Shown piece after piece: positions 1 through 12,772 of a DNA stretch of 60,000 nt; within the stretch, counting starts at the first letter, position 1, and the number at the start of each line of letters is the position of its first letter. Origin of the DNA: Callorhinchus milii. Lineage: Eukaryota. Location of the stretch: contig NW_024704742.1 of the NCBI RefSeq assembly GCF_018977255.1, forward strand, positions 102,488,001-102,548,000. Direction: 5' to 3'. The translations under genes and the position numbers were made by a program. The notes under the pieces are model-generated. The model searched no databases, was not told where the DNA came from, and was given only the letters and a program-made list of their open reading frames with translations.

Positions 1-1039
1 TTGATTCATCAGAAGGACGTTACGAGAAAATGACACAATGATTTACGTCATTGCATCGTTCACAAACAAATGGAAAAAAAGGTTTGTAAAGTAATTTTTC
101 ATACAGTGCACCTCTCATAAAAACAAATATCTCAAAGTGCTTTAGGGAATGCGATTAATTGGAAACGAAGTGAAGACAGTTATGAAGGCAACCCTCAGCT
201 ATTATACAGCAATGTCCCTTTAACACTAGACCAGTCAGAGCTTCAGCTTGAGGTTCAGTTTTCAAGCCTGTTCACGGCCTGGTGAACACAACATTGCTGA
301 AAGAGGGAAGAGAGTACATGAGGTTTTTTCAATTTCCAATTTCATTTTTGAGGGCCTAATCCTAATAATGCAACTGTGAGCAAGTCTGCCCAGTGCACCG
401 AGAGACATAGGACACAGCGTCCATACAGACCAATAGAAAATATGGATTGCAACTCACTACACCAGACTGACAGAAACACTGGACACTATAGGTCAGTTAG
501 GTCTAAGACTAGAGGGATTTTGTGAGATGCTAGAACCACTTTTTATGTTTCATAAATGCACTTTAAGAGCTGAATGATGCAATCTGCTAATTAACACATC
601 CATTGAGATCAGAAAATGTGCATCATTCAGCATATTAAATAGGCCGTGTTGATCATGAATTTGGCTCATGCATTGGACTACTGATTAGCGGCACGGGGGC
701 TTTATTTTGCCATTTTTGTTTACCTAAGCCTGTATACCATTAACCAGCTGCCTAGCATTGTAATCTGTGTGTTGAACTTCCCAATGCCCACAGCCGCCTA
801 CTCCAGATGACCATAGAGAATGGTAGAAGGGATTTGGCTCCTGCGCACCCGGGAACCAGTGATTGTGTTAATCATCATAAAGTCACTAATTTCAGTGCGT
901 GTGTTGGCACTAATAGTGTTAATTGGCAAGAAGTAGGAAGTGGTGTTCCACATGGACCGCTCTGCTGTTCACCACATAAATAAATGATTTGGACTCAGAT
1001 ATATGAGGTATTGTGTCACTAAATACTAAATTGTGACAC

Positions 1040-1685
1040 ACTAAACTGGTGAAGGATTTCAACATGCTGAACATAAATAGATTGTTTGCAATTGGCATGT
1101 TCATAACAAGTAAGCAGAAATTGAAGATAGCCACTAACAGATCTATGAGAGTTTGGGAGAAACCTCTTTCCGTAGAGGGTGGTGAGAATGTGGAACTCAC
1201 TGCCAGGCGCTGTGTTTGAAGTGGGAAGCATTTAAGAGGAAATATGATACATGCATGAGAGAAGAGGGGTGAGGGGAAGCTAGGAAGGGAGTATATATTA
1301 ATAATAATAATCCTTGCATTTGATATAGTGCTTTTCACATCTTCTAGACGTCTCAAAGCGCTTCACAGAATGTGCTGTAAAGTGAATTGACCGTATATTT
1401 GTGGGTGAAACGTGGCAGCCAATTGCGCACAGCAGTGTCCCACAAACAGTCGTGGATTGAAAATGACCAATTTATCATTGGTTTCTTTTGGAGGGATTAT
1501 TATCAGGCGTGTGGAGTAAGGAAACTTGCCCAAGGTTTCGCCCTGCCGGGAATTGAACCCAGGTGTCTCACTTGCAAGGCAAGTGCTCTAACCACTGAGC
1601 TACAAGACTCCAGTAATATGGAGTATAACACCAGCATAAACTAGGTTATCTGAATGGCTTGTTTCACTGTTGTACATTCTATCTT
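1040..1685 (+). mobile_element. CR1 LINE 3' end (ORF2 C-terminus and 3'UTR), split by a SINE insertion at 1299-1611
   Basis: CTTTCCGTAGAGGGTGGTGAGAATGTGGAACTCACTGCC matches the CR1 'F..RVVR.WNSLP' motif. The 3'UTR (CCAGCATAAACTAGG..GAATGGCTTGTTT..TTCTAT) resumes after the SINE. Confidence 0.8.
1299..1611 (-). mobile_element. Young tRNA-derived SINE, short subfamily, full length
   Basis: Reverse complement begins GGAGTCTTGTAGCTCAGTGGTTAGAGC (A box), has GGTTCAATTCC (B box) and ends in an L2-type stem-loop plus (ATT)n. It is near-identical to the copies at 22427, 37580 and 54722. Confidence 0.93.
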
Positions 1686-2464
1686 TTTAACACATCACAC
1701 GTCTCAATTTTTGCCCTGTAGCCCTTTGAGGCAGTAACTACACCGGATGCCTGAAATTCCACCAAGACGTTCCCAATAAGCCTATTTCATCTTAAATTTT
1801 AAGATTTTAAATTTCAAGATCTTAAATTAAGTTATACTTTAAAAGATGGATCCATTTGAATATGGACTTTCAAATTATATTTTCCACAGTTCTGCATGAC
1901 CTTAAAAATTGAAGGCAAGATTTACTTTTTGGCTAAGAGGAGATGGAATTTCTAACCTCCGGTGAAATGGTCTGAATAGTTGGTTAATGTAGTTGCATTT
2001 TCAGAAAGCTTTTTGATAAACCAATTAATTTTATGATGGTACAAGAGCTCCAGATTAGAAAAATCCAAATTGTGTCCGAGTACAGAATTTTTAGTGCACA
2101 CTTTGATTTCAAATAATATAGTTCAAAACGTATACCTGCCTTATGCCTGGAATATCAGTGGCAATTTCTTATTTACTAGCGAGAAATTTTACATTATGAA
2201 TGGTTTTTAAATAGTCCCAGGGCGATTTTCCATTCGCCAGTAATCTTGGCGATAGTGTCAAATCCATCACTGCTGAGTAAATTTACCAACTAGCAGATAA
2301 TGAGGCATGTTTGCTCACCAAGGTCAATAATTGTAACAATACCTGGAGAATCATTCTTTCATCTACATTGTTGGTGCCAATCACTGGTTTTAGTATTTGC
2401 AGGAGAGCAAAGACCAGTTTGGAAATAGTTCTTGTAGATTCCATTTAATTTCTTTGTTTCGGTA

Positions 2465-2620
2465 CTCCTTCATGGGATGTGGGCAAGTAGCATTTATTGC
2501 CCATCTCTAGTTGCTCTGTGAGTGTAGTGTTGCGGCCTTCTCTTTAAATCACTGCAGTCCTTATGGTAGTGGTGCTCCCACAATGGTATTCAGTGGTGAG
2601 CTCCAGGATTTTAACCCAAC
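2465..2620 (-). mobile_element. Old CR1-group LINE 3' end of a type common in chondrichthyans
   Basis: TCATGGGATGTGGGC..GCATTTATTGCCCATC..CTGCAGTCC..CCAGGATTTTAACCC. The reverse complement encodes a decayed 'G.KSW.S.....VG.P.P.GLQ.FK' LINE C-terminus (family recalled from memory). Confidence 0.6.
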
Positions 2621-3149
2621 CTGAAGCCCACTACTTTGCTGCTCTAGCCGAGCACTGTAATTGTAGCTTAAAATGATTGGAAATTGGCACAATGCTTTGT
2701 AGAACTAAACATTAGAGATGTTCAAGAATATCTTTCTTAAACAAACAAGGAACTTTGAACACTGAATTCTTAATACAATGAATAGAACTGTAAAGAAATG
2801 TTTCTGAGGTTCTTACAAGTCATTCCAAAAGCTAAATGAGTATCTTCAATCCAACCCTCTCACAAGATGCTCTGAGAATTCATTTCCATGTTGAAGGCAG
2901 TACTGTCATGCTGACTGGAAGAATGGATTCAATAATGCAAAAGGTTCATGAGGATGCAGCATGGAGAATAAATGGTGTAACAGTAGAGCAAATTGAATAA
3001 TATCATAGCACGAATGTCACGCCATTCATTAAATGCTTATATGGATCATGAGAGAGAAGCTGTCACCTAATTGGTGATCCTGCTATCATCTCTAGCCTTT
3101 AACCTCTCTTTCGCTTTCTCATCATGCAAGCATTTCATATCTTTCCCTG

Positions 3150-3903
3150 TAGGCACCTCAGCACCTCAGATTCTGGCAACATCAACCTCCACGGTTGCAC
3201 ACTACAACTCACCAAGCCAGTCAGGACCCTAGCTGTCTTGTTCGACCTTCAACTGTCTTTTCTCCCCCACATTCAAGCCATTACCCGCTCTGCCTTCCCT
3301 CATCTCCGTAACATCGCCCGACTCTGCCACTATCTCACCCCTCAGGCCACTGAAACTCATGCCTTCATCACCTCTAGGCTCGACTATACAAACGCTCTGC
3401 TTGCCGGCCTTCCCAACTCCTCCCTCCACAGGCTGCAGATAATCCAGAACTCTGCAGCCCGTGTCCTCTCCCGCACCAAACTCTGTGATCCCATCTCCCC
3501 CACTCTCGCCCGACTCCATTGGCTCTCTATCCTTCAGAGGATCCAGTTCAAGATCCTTGACCTCACATACAAAGCCCTCCATGGCCTCGCCCCACTTTAC
3601 CTCTGTGACCTCCTAACCCCCTACCAACCTGCCCATTCCCTCCGCTCAGCTGGCTCTGGCATGATCCACGCCCCCCAACCTCTGGAATTCCAGCCCCCAG
3701 TCACTCCAACCCTACCCTTCCTTAGCCTCCTTCAAGTCCCATCTCAAGACCCTTCTCTTCGACCATGCCATCGGCCTACCCCCTTCCTTCCCCCCCTTAT
3801 CCCCCGAACCCCTGCTCGGGTCTGAAATGCTGTACTCTGTCCAGCGCCTTGGGATGTCCTCCCGACGTGAAAGGCGCTATACAAATGTAATCTTGTTGTT
3901 GTA
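3150..3903 (+). mobile_element. L2 LINE, 5'-truncated: ORF2 C-terminal remnant, 3'UTR and (GTT)n tail
   Basis: ORF 3124-3825 contains SRLDYTNALLAGLP..RLQIIQNSAARVL..ISPTLARLHWL...RIQFKIL.LTYKALHGLAP.YL, the typical L2 ORF2 post-RT region. Tail reads CAGCGCCTTGGGATGTCC..GACGTGAAAGGCGCTATACAAATGTAATCTTGTTGTTG. Confidence 0.93.
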
Positions 3904-4171
3904 GTGTGGATGTTGTTCCTCTTGCTCTTCCTCACTTCAAGTACATCCTACATCAGTAGTGACCAACCTGTGCCCCAAGGGCCAGTAGGTGTCCATAGGG
4001 CATCAAGAAGCGCTTCCCCACCCTCCCCCAAAAAAACATTTGCACCAGTCTGTGTCATTTGTAAGTCTGTGTTCGATAACTAGTGGGTTTTCAGTATTTT
4101 TCTTGATTGAATATTTCTTGATTTATGGCTTAAATCAAAAATATTCAATCAAGAACATTTTTTTTTTTGGC

Positions 4172-4290
4172 CACCAACGACAATTTGCATTTGTATAGCA
4201 CCTTTTGTGTAGGATAGTGTCTCAGAGCACTGCACAGAGGTAGGGTTGGACGCTGAGGAAGGGAAAGGGGAGGAAGAGAGAAGTAATCCT
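4172..4290 (-). mobile_element. L2 3' tail fragment
   Basis: CAACGACAATTTGCATTTGTATAGCACCTTT..TCTCAGAGCACT is the reverse complement of the L2 tail. Confidence 0.7.
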
Positions 4291-5530
4291 AGGCGCAGTT
4301 GAAGAGTCTTAAATTCCTGCACCAGCTTCCTCCTCCCTGCATTCACACTGTGTTAAAATACAATCTCAATACCCAGCTCCTTCACTGGCTCAATTGGTTT
4401 AAAAAAAACAAGACTGAGTGCAATACAGAACTGTAGAAGAGAGGTTGAGCTCTCAGCTCTCTGCCCATCGGTGCCTAACTTGGTGCTGGTACTCACAGAG
4501 CCATTTGAGAAGTGCTCATTATTCTGCTGCTTCCAAAGCTGTAGAGAAAACCAGTACTCGGGACGTTATTGGGTGTTGCAATTACTTCGCAGGACCATTG
4601 CCAAGTATAGGAATGCCAATAGCCAGGCAATCTAACTGCACCATCATTCTACAAACATGGTTTTGGTCTGTGTTAATTGATGTGCACTGTGGCAAGTAAT
4701 CATTGCAATAGGCACTGGGATTCAATATAAACAAGTCATAAAGACTGAACTATATTAAATTCTGGTATCAGATACATTGCATGTTACTCTATATTACTGT
4801 GTAAATTAGAGGGAACGAACAAGAGCTTCTGCTGCCTCAATGTAATGATGTCTCAGTTACTCTGAGATGCTGTTCGCACATTTTTTTTGTCAAGCAGAAA
4901 GTCACGGAAGAGACTTGCACTCCTGCCAGTTCAATATTTTCCATTCTCCCAAGACCTAAACTTACTGAAAACTTGGAAATAGGAACCAAGATTCGAGTCC
5001 CTGCTGTACAGTTCCCCATGTTCCCTGGTAATATTGACACCAACAAAGGTGGACTGAAACTCTCTCTGTTGGCATCTGTCCAGCATCCACAGTGTTGGAG
5101 ATCAATGTATAATGTTGCTGTTGCTTTAGCTACTTAACCATCAGCAATAAGATATTGTAAATGGGATAGCTCCAGAGTTCAATGGGACTGTAGCAGTTGG
5201 TAAACCTAATTTATACTGTATAATTAAAGCTCCTTTTTTTACTTTCCTCCTGTTATTCTTTTCCCCAACATTTTAGCTTCTTACAAGAACTACTGTTACT
5301 AAGTAAATTCCTCATGTCAGTTCCATAATATAATCTTGGCCAGACATGTCAAAGTTGGAATAATGTTACGATTGGAACTTATGAGTGATACTGATAATAA
5401 ACCTATTTGAATGTGAGGAGCTGTAGTTATTTTTGAGCAGAGCGCATACAGAATTGGTTCTATTTATCAAATAAATGGAGTGATGGTTGCTCCTAATTTC
5501 TAGACCCTATTTGGGTCCAGATACAAATTC

Positions 5531-6197
5531 TGGCTCAGTTGATAGCATTAGGTATGAGCCTGACTCAGTAAGTCACAACCCTCACCACTAGTTCAGAAGG
5601 TTGTAAGTTCAAGCCCCTCATCAGGACTTCGGTCTAAGCTGACACTCCTGTTCTGCTGAAGGCAGTGTTGCATTGTTGAGACATGAATTCAACATCTCAT
5701 CTGCTTGTTCAACAACAACAACAACTTGGATTTATATAGCGCTCTCCACGCCGGACGGTGTCTCAGAGTGCTTCACAGTAACGGATCCCAGGGCCAAGAC
5801 AGCGGGAGGGGGAGGAAGGTGACCAAAGACACAGTCGAAAAGAAAGGTCTTCAGCAGAGACCTGAAAATAGGAAGAGTGGGGGCAAGGCGAAGGGAGTGA
5901 GGAAGGGAGTTCCAGAGCCTCGGGGCGTAGTGGCTGAAGGCACAGCCGCCGAGGGTGGAGTGGAGATCTACAGCATTATTTAAGAAGAAAATGAAGTTTC
6001 TCCCAGTGTGCTGGTCAGTAAATCTCCAGATAAAATTGGTCATTCACTTCATAGCTGCCTTTTAGACATTGTTGTGCCCAAATTAGCTGCTGTGTTCACC
6101 TGCAAAATACACAGTAACTCCACTTTACAGCATTTACCAGTGAAGCTGTTTGAGATGCTTCAATGTTATGGACACTGTATGCAAGGAATATTATTAT
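5531..6197 (+). mobile_element. Older Deu-domain tRNA SINE (SacSINE1/AmnSINE1-like), interrupted by an L2 at 5710-5960
   Basis: Head TGGCTCAGTTGATAGCA..TCAGAAGGTTGTAAGTTCAAGCCCC..GCTGACACTCC. After the L2 the Deu core resumes (AGATCTACAGCATTATTTAAGAAGAAAATGAAGTTTCTCCCAGTGTGCTGG), followed by an L2-type tail. Confidence 0.8.
5710..5960 (-). mobile_element. L2 3' end nested in the Deu-SINE
   Basis: (CAA)n-CTTGGATTTATATAGCGC. The minus-strand ORF reads GGCAFSHYAPRLWNSLP..LRLAPTL..FRSLLKTFLF. Confidence 0.9.
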
Positions 6198-8267
6198 AAA
6201 GTACATCATGAACTGTTTAAATTCTGACAGCGAGCATGCTAGCAATCCACTGCGCAGCCATTAGTCCACCAACATGCCACACCACTGTTTTTCAAAATCA
6301 AAGTACGGGAGCACTCCTCAGTCTGCTGAAAAACACTACAATTCTCGGACAAGCTTTCATTTAAGTTCAATAAAATGTTGCCTTCCATCCTGTAACGAAT
6401 AATTGTAATTATGAGCTCTTCCACTGCATATCTTAAACATTAACTTTGGTTATAATGTAGGTTTAACGTAATGTTGACACCTTAAGGTTGATAGCAATGT
6501 GTCGACTGGCATCACATTAAATGAAACTGCAGAAATAGAGCTCTCTCATACAGTGTATTAACTATGATTCATCACCACGCTGCAAATGTCTCGTCTTGCT
6601 CATTATTCAACCCTTAGAGCACCACAATATCTAAAGATGGCATTTTACGTCACTTATAATCTTGAAACAGCATAATTTATTCCAAAAACAAGACGCTCAG
6701 GAAATTGTGTGACATTTATTTATCCTTATCCTACATATGAAAGTTAACTTGAATAAAACCCTCAGCAAATTTTTTTTAGAAAACACATTTCAGTGATAAA
6801 GAAATAATAATCAGAATATGGTTTCTGCTTCGTTCATTGCCAGATAGGAAATAAACGGAGAGAGATAAAAAATTCCGATCAGCAATGAATGCATTAAATT
6901 GTAAATTGGCAGCAGTGCCACACAATAATCTGACTTTAGATGCCAAAGGTGAGTTTTGCTGCAAATAATTGCTTCCCTGTTAACTTTGCCACCAGTTTGC
7001 TGTTTCCATATGTATTTAAATAATATAGCTTATATTTAAAATGTTGGTGCCTCACTATAATATCATAATGGATGATTTAAAGGAATAATGTCACTGAATT
7101 AGGAGTAGCCTTCGTGAAGACCAATGTTGCATTATTTTACAGAGAATCTGAGTATTCTGAGTAACTGAAACTCACCTCAAGGTTAGTTTTCTTTCATGTG
7201 ATTGGAGGCACTACCACTCATAACGGAAATAAAAACATTTCTGGCCGGATCCCCTTGTTGTATACTTCTGTATACTTTGAGTCTGTATATAGTGCCAGTG
7301 CATTGTGGCCCTGCGATATACGAGTGTGGTCAATTCTTCTGGAACATAGAACGCAGGTGCAGGTGGGCTCCTGGCATCTCAGCAACTGATGGAAACACTT
7401 GTGAGGTAATTGCTGTCTTCCTGTGAGTTGCAAATGCACACAGTGGGGGTTGGAGCAACGTTTGCTGTGTCATCGACAATCTGCTGACCCGGAAGTGCTG
7501 ACCAGTTATAACGCGAGTTTTAAGGACCCCAAATCACTACATTATAAGAGAGACCAACTGTATCCAACTATGGTACAATTCTGCAGGTACAGAAGGCCTC
7601 TTTGTGTCCCAGCAACCAAACATATATACGCGCATACATCAACATATATGCACAATCAAATATGCACACACACAAAACAGACACATGTATAGGCATTTTC
7701 TGCAAAGTGCCAATTCTGAGGCTGAAGAGCAATTTCCCTTTAGTTTTGCTAAAGATCTTCAATTAGCCCACACAACTAGTCAACAATCTCAGCTGATGTG
7801 TTCCTTTCGGAAGACCATAAAACACATTTCATTCATGATTTTCCCTGGAACTAATTGGTTGATGTTGGGCCATTGCTAGGACAATCAATTGATGCACAAC
7901 TGCCCATTGTGATCTAATCCCCGCACGTGTTAAGAAATTTCCCATCTGAAGTTAATTCATGAAGGAAATGAATGAAATGAATTAAAATTTCATTGTGCCT
8001 TCATGCTACCTCCGTAGCTCAGTACAAGTCAACATGATGGAGGTAATTCCATTGGCTTTGGATGTTGATGTGTTTTGTAGGATTGAAACTCCTTATGAAT
8101 TAGAACTTTACGATTGATCTTTATACCAATCTGTCATGAAAGTGAGTGAATCTTTTTCTGTCTACCCTGTGGCTCTTCAAGGTCAGTTGAGATTCCAGCT
8201 GTGAGCTAGTGTATGTATTTATAGAATGCTTAAAGCTAGCTCAATTGATTTACATCATTTATATTTA

Positions 8268-8378
8268 TGTTTCGTCCACAAAATACAGTCAATCCACTTT
8301 ACAGTATATCCTGCGAAGCACTTTGAGACATCTCAACGATATGATAAGCCGCAATATCAAATGCAAGGATTATTATTG
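8268..8378 (+). mobile_element. Young SINE 3' fragment
   Basis: GTTTCGTCCACAAAATACAGTCAATCCACTTTACAG..ATATCAAATGCAAGGATTATTATT. Confidence 0.85.
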
Positions 8379-8392
8379 TCAAACTGTATATA

Positions 8393-8732
8393 CAGTAGAG
8401 ACTGGTTATAACGCAGGTTTGCTTACAACGGGTGCCCTGTAGTCCTGCAGATGGTTTCCCAAATGCTAAAATATGGCTGACTTATAAGACATCAGGTCTT
8501 ATAAGTCAGCCATCACTTCCAGTGCCCTGCGCATCACACAGGGAGTGGCATTAGCGCTGACCTGAGGAACCTGGAAGTCGGCCATTTTTGAGAGCGAGAA
8601 GCCGACTGGCTTTCTGTTCCCATGTGAGGTCAGTAATCATGTGATTGGCGGCATTACAGTGCAGAATTGCTGACTAGCAATTGCACCCTGTTACATGCCC
8701 TCCACCAAACGCATTATATCTACGCTCTATCG
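8393..8732. mobile_element. Non-autonomous Tc1/mariner-superfamily (Tigger/pogo-like) MITE
   Basis: Flanked by TA on both sides. Left end TA|CAGTAGAGACTGGTTATAACGC versus reverse complement of right end TA|CGATAGAGCGTAGATATAATGC (17/24 matches). Subterminal GGGTGC/GCACCC pair and an internal perfect 18-bp hairpin. Confidence 0.6.
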
Positions 8733-8738
8733 TACTTT

Positions 8739-8885
8739 ATAGAATCATAGGATTATACAGGAAAGAAGGAGGCCATTCGGCCCAGCGTGCCCATGCCAGC
8801 TCTTTGAAAGAGTTATCCAAATTAGTCCCACTCCCCCGCTCTCCCCATAGCCATGCAAATTTGTCCTACCCAAATATCTATCTAT
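8739..8885 (-). mobile_element. CR1 LINE 3'UTR
   Basis: ATAGAATCATAGG..GAAGGAGGCCATTCGGCCC..GCCAGCTCTTTGAAAGAG is the reverse complement of the CR1 tail ending in (ATTCTATG). Confidence 0.85.
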
Positions 8886-9434
8886 GCCTGATTTTTTGTG
8901 ATTCTGTGAATAGCAAGGAAAGCTGCATAAATTTATAAACTCTTTTGAAGCGATGTCTCTGTTTCATGCATAGCTATAAGATACAGCCTCCCTTGTGTTA
9001 TTCTTGAGCCTAGACTGATCGGATTTATAATGACCGAAAGTCAGATTTCCATAGCATGTTCCTTCCTCAGGAAGCATGTGATTAAGAGTAAATCAGTAAA
9101 CTGAGTCAAAAGCCACACAATGGCATGTGTAAACAGATTGCTATCTTCCTTACGGCTAGTGAATTTTATTTGTGACGTTTAAATAACTGTCAGGTGTTTT
9201 GTGAAAGCTGCAGTATGTTAAAGAATGTCATCAGGCAAATTGTCAGTTCTTAAATACAGCCTGGACAGACCAAAATGAAAGGATATGTTTCTTGAGGGAT
9301 CGTTTGCAAATCTCCCAGATTCAATTCATATGTTGAAGATTAATCAGTGAAAGCTGATGTGGACTTGTTGACTGTCCCAGGAAGTGATAAACAGCTACAT
9401 TGGCAAAGCTGTCCAACCCCCGCCAAAAAAAAAA

Positions 9435-9607
9435 CAGTCACTCAATCCACAACTGTGGCACACAGCTGTGCACAATTGGCTGCCACGTTTCGTCCACAAA
9501 ATATACAATCAATTCATTTTACAGTATGTTGTGTGAAGCGCTTTGAGACTTCACAAAGACATTGATAAGGCGCTATATCAAATGCAAGAATTATTGTTAT
9601 TATTATT
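9435..9607 (+). mobile_element. Young SINE 3' half
   Basis: GTCACTCAATCCACAACTGT..CAATTGGCTGCCACGTTTCG..GGCGCTATATCAAATGCAAG(ATT)n. Confidence 0.9.
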
Positions 9608-12234
9608 AAGTTACAAGAGAGGATTTTATCCGGAATGAGTATTCCAGCTCCAAAATCCATGTAAGGGACAACAGTGACTCACTGAACCCATGCCTCTTGA
9701 AAAGCAGGGCAGGGAGGTAAGGCAAGACTGCCCATTGTCACTCAATGTTTTCGATGTGTTCATCAATGACAGGTTGCATGACGTTGAGGGGAATAAACTT
9801 GGTGTATCTGTTCCAGTCCCTTTCTGACAGAATTGTGTTTGCCCCTTTTCTACACGGTCCTTCAGTATCCAAGCAACTCAGTTTGGTTTGGATACTTTTA
9901 AGCATGGTGATGGGTTTCTGCAAGTGTCAGCCACCAAGTAACTCTTGTCCATTATTAACCACTTCTCAGTAGCCAGTTCTCAGGGGTTCCTCTAGGATGG
10001 TGCTTGTTGTTTAGATAGATGGTACTCTATGTGTTTTTGTGAAAAAGGGGAAGCCAAAAGAGACTTTCTCCTGGAATCGGCATTGAATTCCCTTTGACTC
10101 CTCTATCTTTGTCAAACCTACAAGATGTGGCTAGATTTATGTTGAACATAGCTCAGCAACAGTTTGAATATAATTCTTCCAAGAATCAATAAGTTTAACT
10201 TTATCTCTGTGGGAAAGGTTCCCATGGATGCATTTCGTAGTAGGCATTTTAGTATGTCCTGGAGGCAGCAATCTTCGGTCGACTGCAGATCAGCCGAGTA
10301 CTGCAGTGAAGAGAATCAATTCAAAATGCTTACACTCCCATGTCAGTCACACCAAGTGGCTATGACACAGCCTGCTTTACCATTATCATCTATGGTGCTG
10401 GAAATCTCTTTGCAAATAACTACTTTAAGAAAATAGAAGATTTTCTATTATGCCTTTATAATAGACATTTACATAAAGGAAAGTTCTCATCCATGTAAAT
10501 CTGCCAGCAAATAGATAGTTTTTTTTTCCAATCTGACATTTAGAAATAAGTGAACTGAACTCTGCATTTAAAATTATGGCATTTGAAAAATAGATAAATA
10601 AATAAAGCTAGTTTTGATAGGCAATCATCCATCCTTCTACTTTGACTGTGTGACATGATATTCACTGCAGGGTTAAGTAATGAGACTTTCCTTCAAGTCA
10701 ATAACCCTTGCCCCTGTTCACAGACTAGATTTTGAAAAACAACGGAAGAAGTCTTATTTGCCTATTCAACCATTGTAATGAATTATGTGGCTCTGTATTT
10801 TAATTATGGACTTGAAGAAGCTCTCACACTGGAAAGGGGATAACACAACTGGTGAAAGAAGGGTAAAAGCACCTCGAGACAAAGAGCAATCCGTGCAGGG
10901 AACCCATGTCAACCGACAAGACATTAGCTCTGTGACGATTTGAGGTGTTCACCTAAAAAAACATAATGTCTCTACAGTGTGTCCTTTGAGATGTCCTCCT
11001 GATCCAAAAGGCACTATAGCAAATGTAAGGATTATTATTATTTATTATTTATTGATCTCGGGTTGGAGCCAAGATCTCACAGATCAGGAACTGTATGTAG
11101 GGTTTCCCGTATTTTATACTTTATATCTCAAAGTGCTCTTTCTGGTGCCTGAGACACTTACGCATTGGTTTTATCTTTTGAGTGCCTTTTCAACCCTATT
11201 GTTATTGCAGAACCTTAAATTGTTACTTGATAGATTTGTTGCACTTTTAAACCCAGATTAAACTATTAGAAGTGCACATAGATATGAACAATTTTATGTG
11301 AGTTTTTTTGGATGGGATGAAAAGCTCCCTCAATAAAACAGCAAAACGTAACACAATCTGTGACTGAACTATTGTCCCTTTAAACTGAGGATCCCATTAA
11401 CCAGCAACGAACTAACTTGTGCACTTTAACAGGTAATCAGTTGTTACAAAGCTGCTGTGACAGGCTAGAAAATGGATGAGCTGGAGTTGCCCTTTGACCT
11501 CCTGATCATCACTGGATGTGACCCCTATTTTGCAAAAGAGAATCAAAACAACCCTCACTTGCATCTGCAAATTGAATCTGTGATTTTAAATCATATGATT
11601 GTCACACACCAGGTTCATTATGGTATGCAAGGGCCTCCGCTCGCAACAGTTAGAGCTGCTGTTGGATCGCAGCAGCTGGTCCAAGCAACTGAAAGGGACA
11701 GTGGCTCTCTGCCCGGTTTGTTGTCACATACTGGTCACATTTGGTCATTCTTGGCATTTCATTGAATTTCAGCTGCTCGGCAGTTATTTTTTTTGCCAGT
11801 TGGTCATCTGCTCCTGAGGAATGGGGAGATATACCAGGGTAACAATCAGCAGAACGTGCTAGAGCCTGCACTTTACTGAACATGTAAAAACAACATTCCA
11901 CATCAACAATTCAATCCCTTTGCCAACACTTAGATAATTCTAGATATGTGTGCTGCTTGGTCAATCATCTGTAACAAAAAGAAAAGGGGTGAGATGTACG
12001 ACATGTAATGTAATATACTGAAACCATCACATTAACACGCTACATTATCAATCCACGTTTGTTTAAGGCACAATTTGAGTGTGGATTCCAAATTTGCTCA
12101 CCCAGAAATCCATCTGATTTGCTTAACTCAACTTTTAAAGTGGGTGAATCTTTCTTTCCCCACACATTGTGCAAAAAATACAAAGCCCAAACTCTTGCAA
12201 ATGTTCATTCTGAATCTTGCACCAATTTCCCTAC

Positions 12235-12772
12235 ATGGTACTGATGCCTTCCTCGCCAGCCTCCCCAGCTCCATTATCCACAAAATCCAGTTAATCCAGA
12301 ACTCCACTGCCCATGTACTCAACCACATTAAATTCCGTATCCACGCTAGTTCTAGCCAGGCTCCACTGGCTCCATATCACTGAATGGATAGATTTTAAGA
12401 TCATCACACTCATCTTCAAATCCCTTCATGCCCCGGCACTTTCTTACCTCTCCGATCTACTTACTCCTCGATTCACCACCTGATGTCACTGCTCAACTGC
12501 CTCCAGCCTCCTGCTTGTCCCTCGTGCCGTCCATTCCATTATCAGTGGCCGTGCTTTCAGCCACTATGCCCCAAAACTCTGGAACATTCTCCCTCAGTCC
12601 CATCGCCTTGCACCCTCCTTCCCTCTTTTCAGGTTGTGCCTGGAGACCTTCCTCTTTGATCATACTCACTGTCACATCCCCTGTCCCTCCAGCTCGGTGT
12701 TATGCTCCGCTACTGTCAAGCGTTCTGGGATGCTACCCTTCATTAGGGATGCTATATAAATACAAGTTGTTA
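12235..12772 (+). mobile_element. L2 LINE 3' end, decayed
   Basis: Peptide AFLASLPSSIIHKIQLIQNSTAHVL, then CTCCACTGGCTCC (LHWL) and the tail GCTATATAAATACAAGTTGTT. Confidence 0.88.

Noticed and set aside
3124..3825. 233-aa ORF as a host gene
   Set aside because: It is the L2 ORF2 C-terminal region with small deletions and a frameshifted end, followed by the L2 tail. It is a dead retrotransposon.
9738..9923. Protein-like minus-strand ORF (..ERDWNRYTKFIPLNVMQPVIDEHIENIE)
   Set aside because: There is an in-frame stop just upstream, I recognise no family, and part of it overlaps sequence repeated at about 17680-17730.
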